IMG/VR virus record: IMGVR_UViG_3300033407_000045
Span: 1-42,674 of that record
Length of the DNA stretch: 42,674 nt
DNA from: a virus
Taxonomy: Duplodnaviria > Caudoviricetes
Reading direction: 5' to 3' (one strand)
A program made the translations under genes and the position numbers. Shown here in pieces: positions 9,857-18,237 of the stretch. Within the stretch, counting starts at the first letter, position 1. The number at the start of each line of letters is the position of its first letter. The notes below the pieces were generated by a model that was not told the DNA's origin, made no database searches, and saw only the letters and a list, made by a program, of their open reading frames with translations.

Positions 9857-10747
9857 ATGTCCAGAGTCGAAAAGATCGGTCGCCGTCACTACCTCCGGGG
9901 CACGCCGTTCGCCGCGAAGGACCAGATTCGGTCCGCCGGCTGCAAGTGGGACCCGGCCGAGAAGTCCTGGTGGACCGCAAAGGCCGACGTCGCCGCGGAG
10001 CTCGTCGCGAGCCTCTCCTCGTCGAGCTCATCGAGCAGCGAGAGCGCCCCGGACGCGCCCGGACTCGACGCGACCGTCGCCGGCCGCGCCGAGTACAAGG
10101 GCCGGACCTACTACGTAGCCGCGCGGAGTGGCCGCTACGACGACGAGCGGCCGGAGCCAGTCACGAGCCGGGACGGCGCGCGGATCCTGCTCTACTTCCG
10201 CGACGGCTCGCGGCAGTTCTGGGCGGCGCGCGCGGCCGCGCGGGTCGTCAAGGGATACTCCCGCGGTCAGACGATCCGTTCGCTCCGTGATTACGCGGAG
10301 CGCGCGGAGCGCACGAAGGCCGAGCGCGCGACGCCCTCGACGGAGCCGGTCGGCCCGGCGGTCTGCCGAGCGCAAGGGAAGACGCCCTACGAGCGAGACG
10401 AGGTCCTCATCGCGCGCCTCACAGCGATCGAGATCGCCGAGTGCGAGGCACGTCAGGGGCTCTCGGCCGCGATCGCCGGCGCGCCTGACGAGCGCGGCAA
10501 GCCGCAGGTCGTGTGCGTCGTCGCCTGGGCGCGCTCGCTGAGTGACGACGACGTCGAGGAGCAGGACGCCTGGAGCCACCAGCACACGGCCGTCCTGCGA
10601 CTCGCGACGGCCGACGAGGCCGCCCCGATCGTCGCAGCGCGAGGCCTGGAGGAGCGGCGCGCTGCCGCGGTCGTGCAGGTCGCAGAGATCGTGGGCGCGC
10701 TGCCGCGCGTCGAGTCGCTCGAGGACGCAGGATGGGAGGGTGTCTGA
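9857..10747 (+). CDS. Hypothetical early protein, N-terminal DUF5710-like motif
   Basis: ATG 9857 with AGGAG RBS. TPFAAKDQIRSAGCKWDPAEKSWW motif followed by a Ser-rich linker. Confidence 0.7.
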   Translation: MSRVEKIGRRHYLRGTPFAAKDQIRSAGCKWDPAEKSWWTAKADVAAELVASLSSSSSSSSESAPDAPGLDATVAGRAEYKGRTYYVAARSGRYDDERPEPVTSRDGARILLYFRDGSRQFWAARAAARVVKGYSRGQTIRSLRDYAERAERTKAERATPSTEPVGPAVCRAQGKTPYERDEVLIARLTAIEIAECEARQGLSAAIAGAPDERGKPQVVCVVAWARSLSDDDVEEQDAWSHQHTAVLRLATADEAAPIVAARGLEERRAAAVVQVAEIVGALPRVESLEDAGWEGV

Positions 10748-10748
10748 C

Positions 10749-11360
10749 ATGCGAGAGACTACGAGACTCCTCGATCGGATCGAGCCAGACACGCCACCGT
10801 CGCGGCGCTACTCGCGACTGCTGCGGAGCTCGCTCCTCGAGCTCCGCGACCCGAACGACGGCCAGGACCCCGACCCGGCCACGAAGACGCGGCACCAGTA
10901 CGCCCGGGCCGGCGGCGTACTCTGGTCGCGGCGCCTGCCGCCCGAGTCGGTCGGCGACGAGTGGCTCGACGGCCCGGCGCGCTGGGAGCGGGTCGACCTC
11001 GGCCATGCGAGCGAGCTCCTCCGGGCCTTCGCGCGAGAGGGTCCGGAGTTCTCCCTCGCCGTTCTCCGGCGTCAGCGATTCTACGTCGCAGCCGACGACG
11101 AGTACTGCGTCCGCGGCGTCTACGTCGACGCGACGGACGAACTCGCGATCGATCTGCCCTATGGTCCAGTGACGGACGCGTGGTGGGACGTGCCGCTCCC
11201 GCAGTGCCCTGACTGCGGCGGCGACGTCGTCTGGTGGGAGGCCGGGTACGTGCCGGGGACGCGGCGCTGCGTGGGCGCGCCGCTCCGGCGAGGAGAGTAC
11301 CTGCCAGATCGCGGCTGCGGGTCGATGTTCGTGGTCGCGAGCCAGGAGACTGAGAGATGA
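10749..11360 (+). CDS. Hypothetical protein with C-terminal zinc ribbon
   Basis: GGAGG RBS. CPDCGG...C...GCGS motif. ATGA overlap with the next gene. Confidence 0.6.
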   Translation: MRETTRLLDRIEPDTPPSRRYSRLLRSSLLELRDPNDGQDPDPATKTRHQYARAGGVLWSRRLPPESVGDEWLDGPARWERVDLGHASELLRAFAREGPEFSLAVLRRQRFYVAADDEYCVRGVYVDATDELAIDLPYGPVTDAWWDVPLPQCPDCGGDVVWWEAGYVPGTRRCVGAPLRRGEYLPDRGCGSMFVVASQETER

Positions 11361-12364
11361 GCAACAGACTGTGGATCCTCGGGGCAGCCGACCCCGAGAT
11401 GGAGCGTATCGAGGCGCTGCTGATCGCCGCCGGCGAGCGTGTCGCGCATGCGCAGATCGCCGGCGAGCGGGTGCGCGGCGGCGACGCGTACCGCATGGAC
11501 GGGCACCGACCGCTATGGATGGCTGCGCCATCGGATCTCTGGGCCGACGGCTGGTACGCGGCGGCCTACCACGTGGAGTGCGACACGGCGCTCGACCGGC
11601 ACGTGCATCGTATCGGCGTGCGCGTCGCGGTGATCGACCACCACCGGCCCGGTGACCCGGGCTACGGTCGCCCGCCTGAGGAGTTCCTCGCGGCGTCGTC
11701 AATAGGGCAGGTGATCGCGGCGCTCGCGCGACTCGGGCTCACGCCCGAGACGTGGTCCGGATGGGTAGACCGGACATCTCCCGCCGGCGTGATCCATCGC
11801 GGGTACTGCTGTGACGGGCTGGGCCCACGCTGGATGCTGGCCACCGGGGAGGCCGCGCGCGAGATACCGGACGATCTCGTCCTCGCAGCCGCCGGGGATC
11901 AATGCCCGGCGTCGGCCTATCGCGGCCTCTGCCCAGGCGTCGACCCGGACGAGCTGATGCGCTGGCGCGTCGCGACACGTGCGGCGCATCAGGGACGCCC
12001 GGCCGAGGAGATCCTCGCGGACGTCGAGCGCGCGATGGCCGCGATCTCGTCGGCGCCGCGCGTCGACCTGGCTGATCCGTCCGACTCCAGCACGGTCGAG
12101 CTGGTCGCAGACCTGCGCGGCTCGCACGTCTCAGAGGCGCCCGAGGCGTCGCTGCGTCTCGGCGTCCCGATCCTCTGCGAGGGTCTGCCGGACTCGCGGT
12201 CCGGCAGACGAAAGGTGAATCTGCTCGGCGACGCGGGCGGCGATGCGGTCCGCGCCTTTCTCGGCGGGTGGGCCGAGGCCGAGGGTCTCGTCGACTGCTA
12301 CGGAGATCCGGCCCGCGGCTTCGCCGGCGGGTATCGGGAGCGCGAAGGAGGGAGCGATGACTGA
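11357..12364 (+). CDS. DHH-like phosphoesterase-family hypothetical protein
   Basis: LGAADPEM, VIDHH and SSIGQV motifs, and a C-terminal Gly-rich YGDPARGFAGGY. Confidence 0.55.
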   Translation: MSNRLWILGAADPEMERIEALLIAAGERVAHAQIAGERVRGGDAYRMDGHRPLWMAAPSDLWADGWYAAAYHVECDTALDRHVHRIGVRVAVIDHHRPGDPGYGRPPEEFLAASSIGQVIAALARLGLTPETWSGWVDRTSPAGVIHRGYCCDGLGPRWMLATGEAAREIPDDLVLAAAGDQCPASAYRGLCPGVDPDELMRWRVATRAAHQGRPAEEILADVERAMAAISSAPRVDLADPSDSSTVELVADLRGSHVSEAPEASLRLGVPILCEGLPDSRSGRRKVNLLGDAGGDAVRAFLGGWAEAEGLVDCYGDPARGFAGGYREREGGSDD

Positions 12365-13262
12365 GCACGTGACCCGCACGGGCCGCACGGGCCGGACGGT
12401 GACGATCGAGTCGAGGATCGTCGAGGCGCAGGGGCGCAGGGGCCTCGGCCAGCCGCTCAGGGGCTGCTCCGAGATGATCGCTACTCCCGAGAGCTCGCTC
12501 GGCTGGGAGCACTGCGGCCGGGGCGGCCTCGAGCTCTACTGCGATCCCGGCTGCGGCCGGGAGGAGCGCCGCAAGTGCTACTGCGACGAGCATGGAGGCG
12601 CGGAGCGCGCCGCGGAGCGACTCCTCGAGGAGTGGGCCGTGGTCGCCCCAGACTCGGTCGGGGGCGACTACGAGGTCCAGGAGGCCGGCTGCGCCTCGCT
12701 CACGAGCGTGGACGTCTACGTCGTGACGCGGCCGCACGAGGGACGCTACGTCGTCGCGCTCGGCATCGGTGGGCACACGGTCTCGCTCCGCGGCAGTCAC
12801 CCCGATCGCGAGGCCGCGACCCTCGCCGGCGTCGAGGCCTGGCGGGAGCGCGTCGGCGCCGACCTCGAGGCGATCCGGGCAGCGCGCGGCGGGACGCTCG
12901 ACTGGGGCGGCCCGGTCCGTCCGCGCCCCGAGCCGATCGTCATCCACGCCGCGGCGGGTCAGTCGGCCTACGCGGCGCTCCGGGTCCGGGAGATCCTCGC
13001 GCTCGTGCCGGACGCACACGTCAGGACGGTCCCCGTCTGCGAGCGCTGGGTGAACGGGCACGGGACGCACGCGATCGCGCCCGAGCAGGCGACCGAGCAG
13101 GCGACCGAGATCGCCGGCACGCGCGGCGTCGCGTACGTCGACGGCCACGACATCGTCTACGTGCTGCCGCGGCCAGCCTCGGGGGACTACGCGCCGACCC
13201 TCCTCGGTGCGGAGAACTGGTCCCACCGCAGCGCGGAGCAGGTCGCCGCGCGGATCGCGTAG
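12357..13262 (+). CDS. Hypothetical protein (Cys-rich N-terminus)
   Basis: ATG 12357 with strong GAAGGAGG RBS. Converges on the integrase. Confidence 0.65.
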   Translation: MTEHVTRTGRTGRTVTIESRIVEAQGRRGLGQPLRGCSEMIATPESSLGWEHCGRGGLELYCDPGCGREERRKCYCDEHGGAERAAERLLEEWAVVAPDSVGGDYEVQEAGCASLTSVDVYVVTRPHEGRYVVALGIGGHTVSLRGSHPDREAATLAGVEAWRERVGADLEAIRAARGGTLDWGGPVRPRPEPIVIHAAAGQSAYAALRVREILALVPDAHVRTVPVCERWVNGHGTHAIAPEQATEQATEIAGTRGVAYVDGHDIVYVLPRPASGDYAPTLLGAENWSHRSAEQVAARIA

Positions 13263-13295
13263 ACTCCCGCTATCTCTCGTGGCCCCACATCTGGC

Positions 13296-14177
13296 CTAAA
13301 TCTTATGTGGGTTCCCCTTTGCGCTCCCTGGCGGCTGACCGACCAGATGGTCCGTCCGCCGCTCGACTCCGCGTCTGAGTGTGTCGGGTGGGAGCAGGCA
13401 GTAGCGGCGGTGGATCGAGTCGGTCCTCCAGCCTGCGATCTGGCACTGCGCCGGGATCGGCACGCCGGCATCCGTCGCCGTCGCGGCGAAGAAGCGCCGC
13501 AGGTCGTGGAACCAGAGCTCAGACCGTCCAGCGCTGTCGACAGCTCGTCTCCATGCGCCGGCGAAGTGCAGCACGGCTCGACCTCCGCGGTGGAAAACGT
13601 GCGGCCCTCTCGCCACGAGCAAGCGGCCGAGCGCGATCCCCTGCAGGCCGAGTGAGAGCGGGATCCGGTGGACTCGCCGGCCCTTCGTCCGCTTCTGCGG
13701 GACCGTCACCGAATCGAGGTCGTCCGAGAAATCGTCCCAGCGGAGCCGGAACACCTGCGTGCGGCGCCAGCCCGTGAGCACGGCCCAGCGAACGCCATCG
13801 GCCACGGGCGGGTCGAGGTAGTCGAGGACGCGGAGGATCGCGCTGATCTCTTCCCTGGTCGGCGTGACCTCGCGAACGTTGTGCGGCTTCGGGACGTCGA
13901 TCCACGGCGCGTGGTCGACGAGCTCGAGTCGCGTCGCGATCCGGTATCCGCGCTTGATCGCGCCGAGCTCCTTCGCGATCGTCGCGAGGGCGGCGCCCTC
14001 GGCGCTGCGCGTCGCCATGTACTCGTCGAGGTCTGCTGCCGTGGGGAGTCGATCTGCCGGGAGCAGACGACGGAGGTGCTTCGCACGGAACCGGAGCGTG
14101 CGGAGAGAGGATCTCTCGGTGAGCGTGTAGTCACGCTCCACGAGCGCGATGAGGTCGCTGGCGTTCTCGGCGGCCAT
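13296..14177 (-). CDS. int: Tyrosine recombinase/integrase lacking an arm-binding domain
   Basis: Catalytic set present: LTGWR, KRTK, FHDLRR, GWRT, HRRY. 293 aa with no upstream in-frame start. Confidence 0.9.
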   Translation of the reverse strand: MAAENASDLIALVERDYTLTERSSLRTLRFRAKHLRRLLPADRLPTAADLDEYMATRSAEGAALATIAKELGAIKRGYRIATRLELVDHAPWIDVPKPHNVREVTPTREEISAILRVLDYLDPPVADGVRWAVLTGWRRTQVFRLRWDDFSDDLDSVTVPQKRTKGRRVHRIPLSLGLQGIALGRLLVARGPHVFHRGGRAVLHFAGAWRRAVDSAGRSELWFHDLRRFFAATATDAGVPIPAQCQIAGWRTDSIHRRYCLLPPDTLRRGVERRTDHLVGQPPGSAKGNPHKI

Positions 14178-14292
14178 CGGAATGCCCTTCGGCTGCCCAC
14201 CGACACCACCGATCTTCCCTGCGCCACGAGGCGCGCGCGAACGAGCATTCCCCGAAGCGCAGTCTACCAGAGCCGGCGCGGACGCCGGAGCG

Positions 14293-14529
14293 TTATTCCG
14301 CCTCCGCGAGGCGCCGGATCCACTTCGCGTCCTTCTCGCAGAGGTTCGCCACGAGCGTGATCATGCTCTCGACGACGGCGCTGCGACTCGGCTGCTTCGC
14401 CAGATCCTTGTCGAAGACGCGACCGAGTTGCTCGGTGAGCGCATCGAGGCGCTCCATGGTCTCCGGATAGATGCAGATGCTCGTGACGACCTTCTCGGGC
14501 CGCTTCTTCTTCAACAGCGACATGCTCAT
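14293..14529 (-). CDS. Ribbon-helix-helix repressor candidate
   Basis: KVVTSICIYPETMERLDAL...SRSAVVESMI pattern. Upstream of int and divergent from the early operon. Confidence 0.7.
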   Translation of the reverse strand: MSMSLLKKKRPEKVVTSICIYPETMERLDALTEQLGRVFDKDLAKQPSRSAVVESMITLVANLCEKDAKWIRRLAEAE

Positions 14530-14556
14530 GCCTCTTGGATATCCGATTACGAGGAA

Positions 14557-14605
14557 ATATCAACGGGAATTTCCGTTGACATGCGCCAACAAGTTCGGTT
14601 AACAA
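14557..14605. promoter_or_regulatory. Dyad operator with back-to-back -35 boxes; rightward early promoter
   Basis: 26-bp near-palindrome ATATCAACGGGAATTTCCGTTGACAT (14557-14582) containing TTGACA (+, 14576-14581) and TTGATA (-, 14558-14563). Weak -10 TAACAA at 14600. Confidence 0.6.
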
Positions 14606-14635
14606 CGACGAAGCGATTCCCCGACCTTCCTGCGA

Positions 14636-14662
14636 CCACCCGGCGAACCGTTCGCCGGGTGG
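14636..14662. terminator. GC-rich 13-bp inverted repeat (hairpin) next to attP
   Basis: CCACCCGGCGAAC-C-GTTCGCCGGGTGG. Would lie just 3' of the reconstituted tRNA in the prophage. No U-tract. Confidence 0.5.
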
Positions 14663-14676
14663 GGTCCAAGAGGATT

Positions 14677-14697
14677 CGGAAGTGGGTGGGAATCGAA
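14677..14697 (-). other. attP core matching the 3' end of a tRNA-Sec (selC)
   Basis: Minus strand TTCGATT-CCCAC-CCACTTCC-G parses as T-loop (7) + T-stem 3' strand (5) + acceptor 3' strand (8) + discriminator G. This is the bacterial tRNA-Sec 8/5 fold, ending CTTCCG. About 500 bp from int. Confidence 0.75.
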
Positions 14698-14710
14698 GGC
14701 CCTTGGTGGG

Positions 14711-15025
14711 ATGGCTGGGATGCAAGAACTGTTTCGCGGTGGACAGGGGCGGGATGACTCCGACGTGGCCGAGCTCGAAGGGACAGAGAGAGGCATGAGA
14801 GAGCACGGACCGGATCGAGGAATGGGCGGCGCGCCGCTGTCGACGCGCATCGCGCATGCGAAGCACCTCCGGGACCTCGACCTCGAGCGCTGGGCACTCG
14901 ACGCCCGCGCGCTCGAGGATCGCGTTGCCGAGCTCGAGGAGGCGCTCGGTCGCGCGATTTGCCGCAATGAGCGACTCCTCGGCGAAAAGGAGGCGCGGGT
15001 GCGAGCGGCCGCGGGCCTGCTGTGA
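14711..15025 (+). CDS. Hypothetical coiled-coil protein, first gene of the early operon
   Basis: ORF with a coiled-coil C-terminus and GTGA coupling to the next gene. Start uncertain. Confidence 0.55.
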   Translation: MAGMQELFRGGQGRDDSDVAELEGTERGMREHGPDRGMGGAPLSTRIAHAKHLRDLDLERWALDARALEDRVAELEEALGRAICRNERLLGEKEARVRAAAGLL

Positions 15026-15258
15026 GCACGCTGTGGATCGTCGCCGGCGCCGCCGCCTTCGGCACCGCAATCATCCTCGCGATCGCGATCACGCGCGCGA
15101 CGCGCATCAGCGACGAGGAGCTGCGCGGCCTCGTCCGCGGCGGGCAGGGGCGAAGTGGACGCACGGTGCTCGAGGGGGCCAGCGCTTTCGCGTGGTGTGT
15201 GGTCGCCGCGCTCGTCTGGGCCGGCGGCGCGTGCCTCTTCTGGGGGCTGGGCGGATGA
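15022..15258 (+). CDS. Small two-TM membrane protein
   Basis: Two hydrophobic segments. Translationally coupled at both ends. Confidence 0.6.
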   Translation: MSTLWIVAGAAAFGTAIILAIAITRATRISDEELRGLVRGGQGRSGRTVLEGASAFAWCVVAALVWAGGACLFWGLGG

Positions 15259-15533
15259 GCGATTGGTGGGACCACGAGCAGAAAGCGCTGATCCAGGACG
15301 TCGTGCTGAAGCTCTCGATGGGTTCGGGATCGAACCAGTGCAGCGTCGCGAGATTGGGCGCGGCCGCAGGCGTGCTCCTCGCTTGCGCTGACGCAATTAT
15401 CGAGAACGACGAGAAACGCTTGGGCGGCGTCCGCCTCTCGAAGTCTCGACGGTCGCTCGACCGCCTGGTCCGCAATACGCGCAAAGCGTGCGAAGGCCAT
15501 CCGATTCCGATGGTCGACCCGAACAGGAGCTGA
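15255..15533 (+). CDS. Hypothetical protein
   Basis: ATGA overlap start (MSDWWDHEQKAL...). Confidence 0.55.
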   Translation: MSDWWDHEQKALIQDVVLKLSMGSGSNQCSVARLGAAAGVLLACADAIIENDEKRLGGVRLSKSRRSLDRLVRNTRKACEGHPIPMVDPNRS

Positions 15534-15659
15534 GATGAAAACGAGTCGTATCCTCTTCCCGTTCGGCGTGGTCGCCCAGTGGATCGGTGGTGAACACCCA
15601 CGACGGCCCCGGCCGGTCGATCCCTCCGCGATCGGCCGGGGCGTGCGGAGCACAGCGAC

Positions 15660-16151
15660 ATGGCGAAGTGTGAAGCCTGCGGGCGAGAGCAGAGCTGGAG
15701 AGAGATTTTTCCGGCTGACGAAAACGACCTCTACGGCGCGTCGGAGCTATCGATCATGCCGTCGTCCGAGATCGCAGCCCGAATGACGCACGTGAGACGA
15801 GCAACACTCGAGGAGGCCGAGCGCCGCGCCAGAGAGATCTCGCGGCGGCTGAGGAAGGACATGCCGGCGGGCTGGGGTTTCATTCTGATGCTCGCGAGCT
15901 TCGAGCGAGGCGGCGGCGGCGGCCTCACGTACCTGAGCACGATCGAGCGAGAGAGCGCGATCCGACTGCTCGAGGAGTGGATCGGCCGAGTCTCGGGCGG
16001 ACGAGCCGCGGACGCTGGGAACGGCTTCTACGACGGCACGAGGAGCGAGTGCTGGTGCTGCGAGTCGAGGGTCGGTTTGCGCCGCATGCGTGGCGAGCAC
16101 CGCAGCATCGTGATCTGTGAGAACTGCCTGGCGGAGAGCGAAAATGTATGA
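15660..16151 (+). CDS. Hypothetical protein with CxxC motifs
   Basis: MAKCEAC, CWCC and ICENC motifs, with a PAGWGFILM...YLST core. Confidence 0.6.
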   Translation: MAKCEACGREQSWREIFPADENDLYGASELSIMPSSEIAARMTHVRRATLEEAERRAREISRRLRKDMPAGWGFILMLASFERGGGGGLTYLSTIERESAIRLLEEWIGRVSGGRAADAGNGFYDGTRSECWCCESRVGLRRMRGEHRSIVICENCLAESENV

Positions 16152-16488
16152 CGGATCGGGGAGGGAAGGACTGAGGGTCTGGAAGTATTTCCTAGACTCG
16201 CCGAGCGGAAAGCGCGTGCAGATCTCTGTGCCGCGCGGCATGCGAGTCCTACACTTCGAGCCCGCGCACCCGGGCTCGCTCGCGACCTTCACCCCGCCGC
16301 GGCCGCCGATGGTCTGGTGTCTCGTCGACCCCAACGAACACAAAGAGGATCGCATCTTCGGCTGGTTCGAAACCGGCCAGGGCGTCCCCGAGGGCTGGGA
16401 CTACGTCGGCACGACCGGGCAGCACGAGAACGCCTGCGCGTACATCTTGCACTGCTTCCTCTCGCCGCCGGGCTGGGTGGACCCGTGA
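16144..16488 (+). CDS. Conserved phage hypothetical protein
   Basis: VWKY...VWCLVDP...ETGQ...YVGT...LHCF pattern typical of a widespread small phage family. Confidence 0.65.
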   Translation: MYDGSGREGLRVWKYFLDSPSGKRVQISVPRGMRVLHFEPAHPGSLATFTPPRPPMVWCLVDPNEHKEDRIFGWFETGQGVPEGWDYVGTTGQHENACAYILHCFLSPPGWVDP

Positions 16489-17009
16489 TGCGCATCTGGA
16501 TCGGAATCGACTGTGGCATCCGGCCGACCCTCGTGCGGCTCGTCGAGCACGATGGCGTCGTGAAGGGGGAGCGGGCGAGCATCCACGTGATCGACGTGCA
16601 CGAGGTGCCGGAGAGTCGCCGCGCCTTTGCCGACGTGATGGCGGCGCTCGTCGACGACGGCTCGAGCGTACTCGTCGAGAAGCTCACGAAGCTCCCCTCG
16701 ACTAAGAGCGGCGCCACGGCGGCCTCGCGAGGCGGAGCGGCGCAGTTCGCGATGGGCGAGGCCTACGGCGCGGTCATGGCGTCGCTGTGGACGCTCGCGA
16801 AGAGCCGCGACCTGCGCGTCGAGGAGTTCACGGCGCGTCAGTGGCAGAAGCAGCTCGGCATTCGGTTCGCGCCGAAGACGAGCTACTACCAGCGCAAGAC
16901 GAGGCTTCTCGAGCATGCGCGGAAGCTGTTTCCCGGGCGCGCGATCGTACGGAGCGAGGCCGATGCCGTCCTGCTCGCGCATCTCTGTCGACTGCGCAAT
17001 CGACGCTAA
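16488..17009 (+). CDS. RuvC-like Holliday junction resolvase
   Basis: IGIDCG, VLVEK, FAMGEAYG, ARQWQK and EADAVLLA motifs. Confidence 0.8.
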   Translation: MRIWIGIDCGIRPTLVRLVEHDGVVKGERASIHVIDVHEVPESRRAFADVMAALVDDGSSVLVEKLTKLPSTKSGATAASRGGAAQFAMGEAYGAVMASLWTLAKSRDLRVEEFTARQWQKQLGIRFAPKTSYYQRKTRLLEHARKLFPGRAIVRSEADAVLLAHLCRLRNRR

Positions 17010-17025
17010 AGGAGGGTCGCACCTG

Positions 17026-17373
17026 ATGTGCTTCGTCGACAAGTGGGACGCCGATGGCGTGACTCAGGTCTACCAGCGCGACGAGCGCCGCGCGCGCAAG
17101 CGGCACCAGTGCGGCGAGTGCAGTCGCACGATCGAACCGGGCGAGACCTACGTCTGTCACCACGGCGTGTGTGACGGGAGCGGCTGGACTCTGAAGTCCT
17201 GCATGCGCTGTGAGCGCGTGCGCGATGCGCTCGACGACGAGGCTTGCGCTGCGGACCTGATCGTCCCGCTGGGCGAGCTTCGCTGCTGCCTCAGGGAACG
17301 AGCGCAGGAGCGATCGACGACGAGAATGAGGTCGTCCGCGTCCGGAATTACGCCGAGCACAACGGGGCGATGA
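17026..17373 (+). CDS. Zinc-binding hypothetical protein
   Basis: AAGGAGG RBS. RARKRHQCGECSRTIEPGETY...SCMRC motif. Confidence 0.7.
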   Translation: MCFVDKWDADGVTQVYQRDERRARKRHQCGECSRTIEPGETYVCHHGVCDGSGWTLKSCMRCERVRDALDDEACAADLIVPLGELRCCLRERAQERSTTRMRSSASGITPSTTGR

Positions 17374-17424
17374 GCGACGCCGAGCGTGCGCGCCGGCATC
17401 GGCGTCGCAAAGGGAGGTGAAGAG

Positions 17425-18219
17425 GTGAAAGAACCGCGCTACGACGAGCTCGGCGCGACGACGCTCAAGCGGATCTCGAACTCGACGCACCGCACGTTCG
17501 CGATGTGCGCGGAGCGCTACTGGCTGCTTCAGGACGTCGAGGAACGCGCGACGACGATGGCGCTCGCGATCGGCTCGGCGGTGGCGAAGGGCGTCGAGTT
17601 CGACAACCGCGGCAAGATCGGCCGCGAGAACGCGCGGAGTCTCGGGCAGCTCCTCGAGATCTCGGAGAGCTACTTCGCGGCGCTCGTCGAAGAATCCGAG
17701 CATGCGGCGAGCGTCTGGGAAGTCGAGCGCGCGCGCGACGACGCGGTCGCGGCGATGCGCTGCTACCTCGCCGAGATTTCGCCGAAGGTCCTGCACGTCG
17801 TCGCGACGGAGAAATCCTTTCGCGCGCGCATCGGCCACGGCATCGAGCTCGTCGGCCGCATGGACACGGTCTGCGATGCGGAGGTCCGCGACATTAAGAC
17901 CGGCCGGCGCTGGCGAGACGAGGACGCGCATCGCTCGCTCCAGCTCACCGACTACGACCTCCTCTTCGAGGCGGAGTACGAGACGCGGCCGCGGGTCCTT
18001 TGGATCGATTCGGTCTATCGCGTCTCGGGGGGCTGGAGAGCGCGAGCGATCCCGACTCACCGCAGCCAGGGGCAGCGGGCGCGATTCGTCGAGAGTGTTC
18101 GGCGCACGGTGGCGTCGATCGAGAGCGGTGCGCAGCACGCGGCGCCTGAGGGCGCCTGGTGGTGCAGCCGCGAGTACTGCCCGGTCTGGCAACGCTGTCG
18201 CGTGCGGGGCTGGGACTGA
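17425..18219 (+). CDS. PD-(D/E)XK exonuclease, Cas4/AddB-like with 4-Cys cluster motif
   Basis: CAERY, GRMD, DIKT and QLTDY motifs, and C-terminal WWCSREYCPVWQRC. GGAGG RBS. Confidence 0.85.
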   Translation: MKEPRYDELGATTLKRISNSTHRTFAMCAERYWLLQDVEERATTMALAIGSAVAKGVEFDNRGKIGRENARSLGQLLEISESYFAALVEESEHAASVWEVERARDDAVAAMRCYLAEISPKVLHVVATEKSFRARIGHGIELVGRMDTVCDAEVRDIKTGRRWRDEDAHRSLQLTDYDLLFEAEYETRPRVLWIDSVYRVSGGWRARAIPTHRSQGQRARFVESVRRTVASIESGAQHAAPEGAWWCSREYCPVWQRCRVRGWD

Positions 18220-18237
18220 GCCAATGGAGGGAGCTCG

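Noticed and set aside
13284-13311. CCCACAT-N14-ATGTGGG inverted repeat at the integrase 3' end as attP
   Set aside because: Short, with a spacer too long for a typical core overlap. The tRNA-matching site is a stronger candidate. It may be a terminator between convergent genes.
14640-14780. Complete tRNA gene
   Set aside because: Only the last 21 nt match. The adjacent sequence does not supply the T-stem 5' strand, anticodon arm or D arm.
15535-15786. 83-aa ORF
   Set aside because: Overlaps 15660-16151 extensively, with no convincing RBS or motif.
17425-18219. Cas4-like nuclease as a CRISPR adaptation gene
   Set aside because: No cas1, cas2 or array. It lies next to a Bet-like recombinase, the usual phage exonuclease context.
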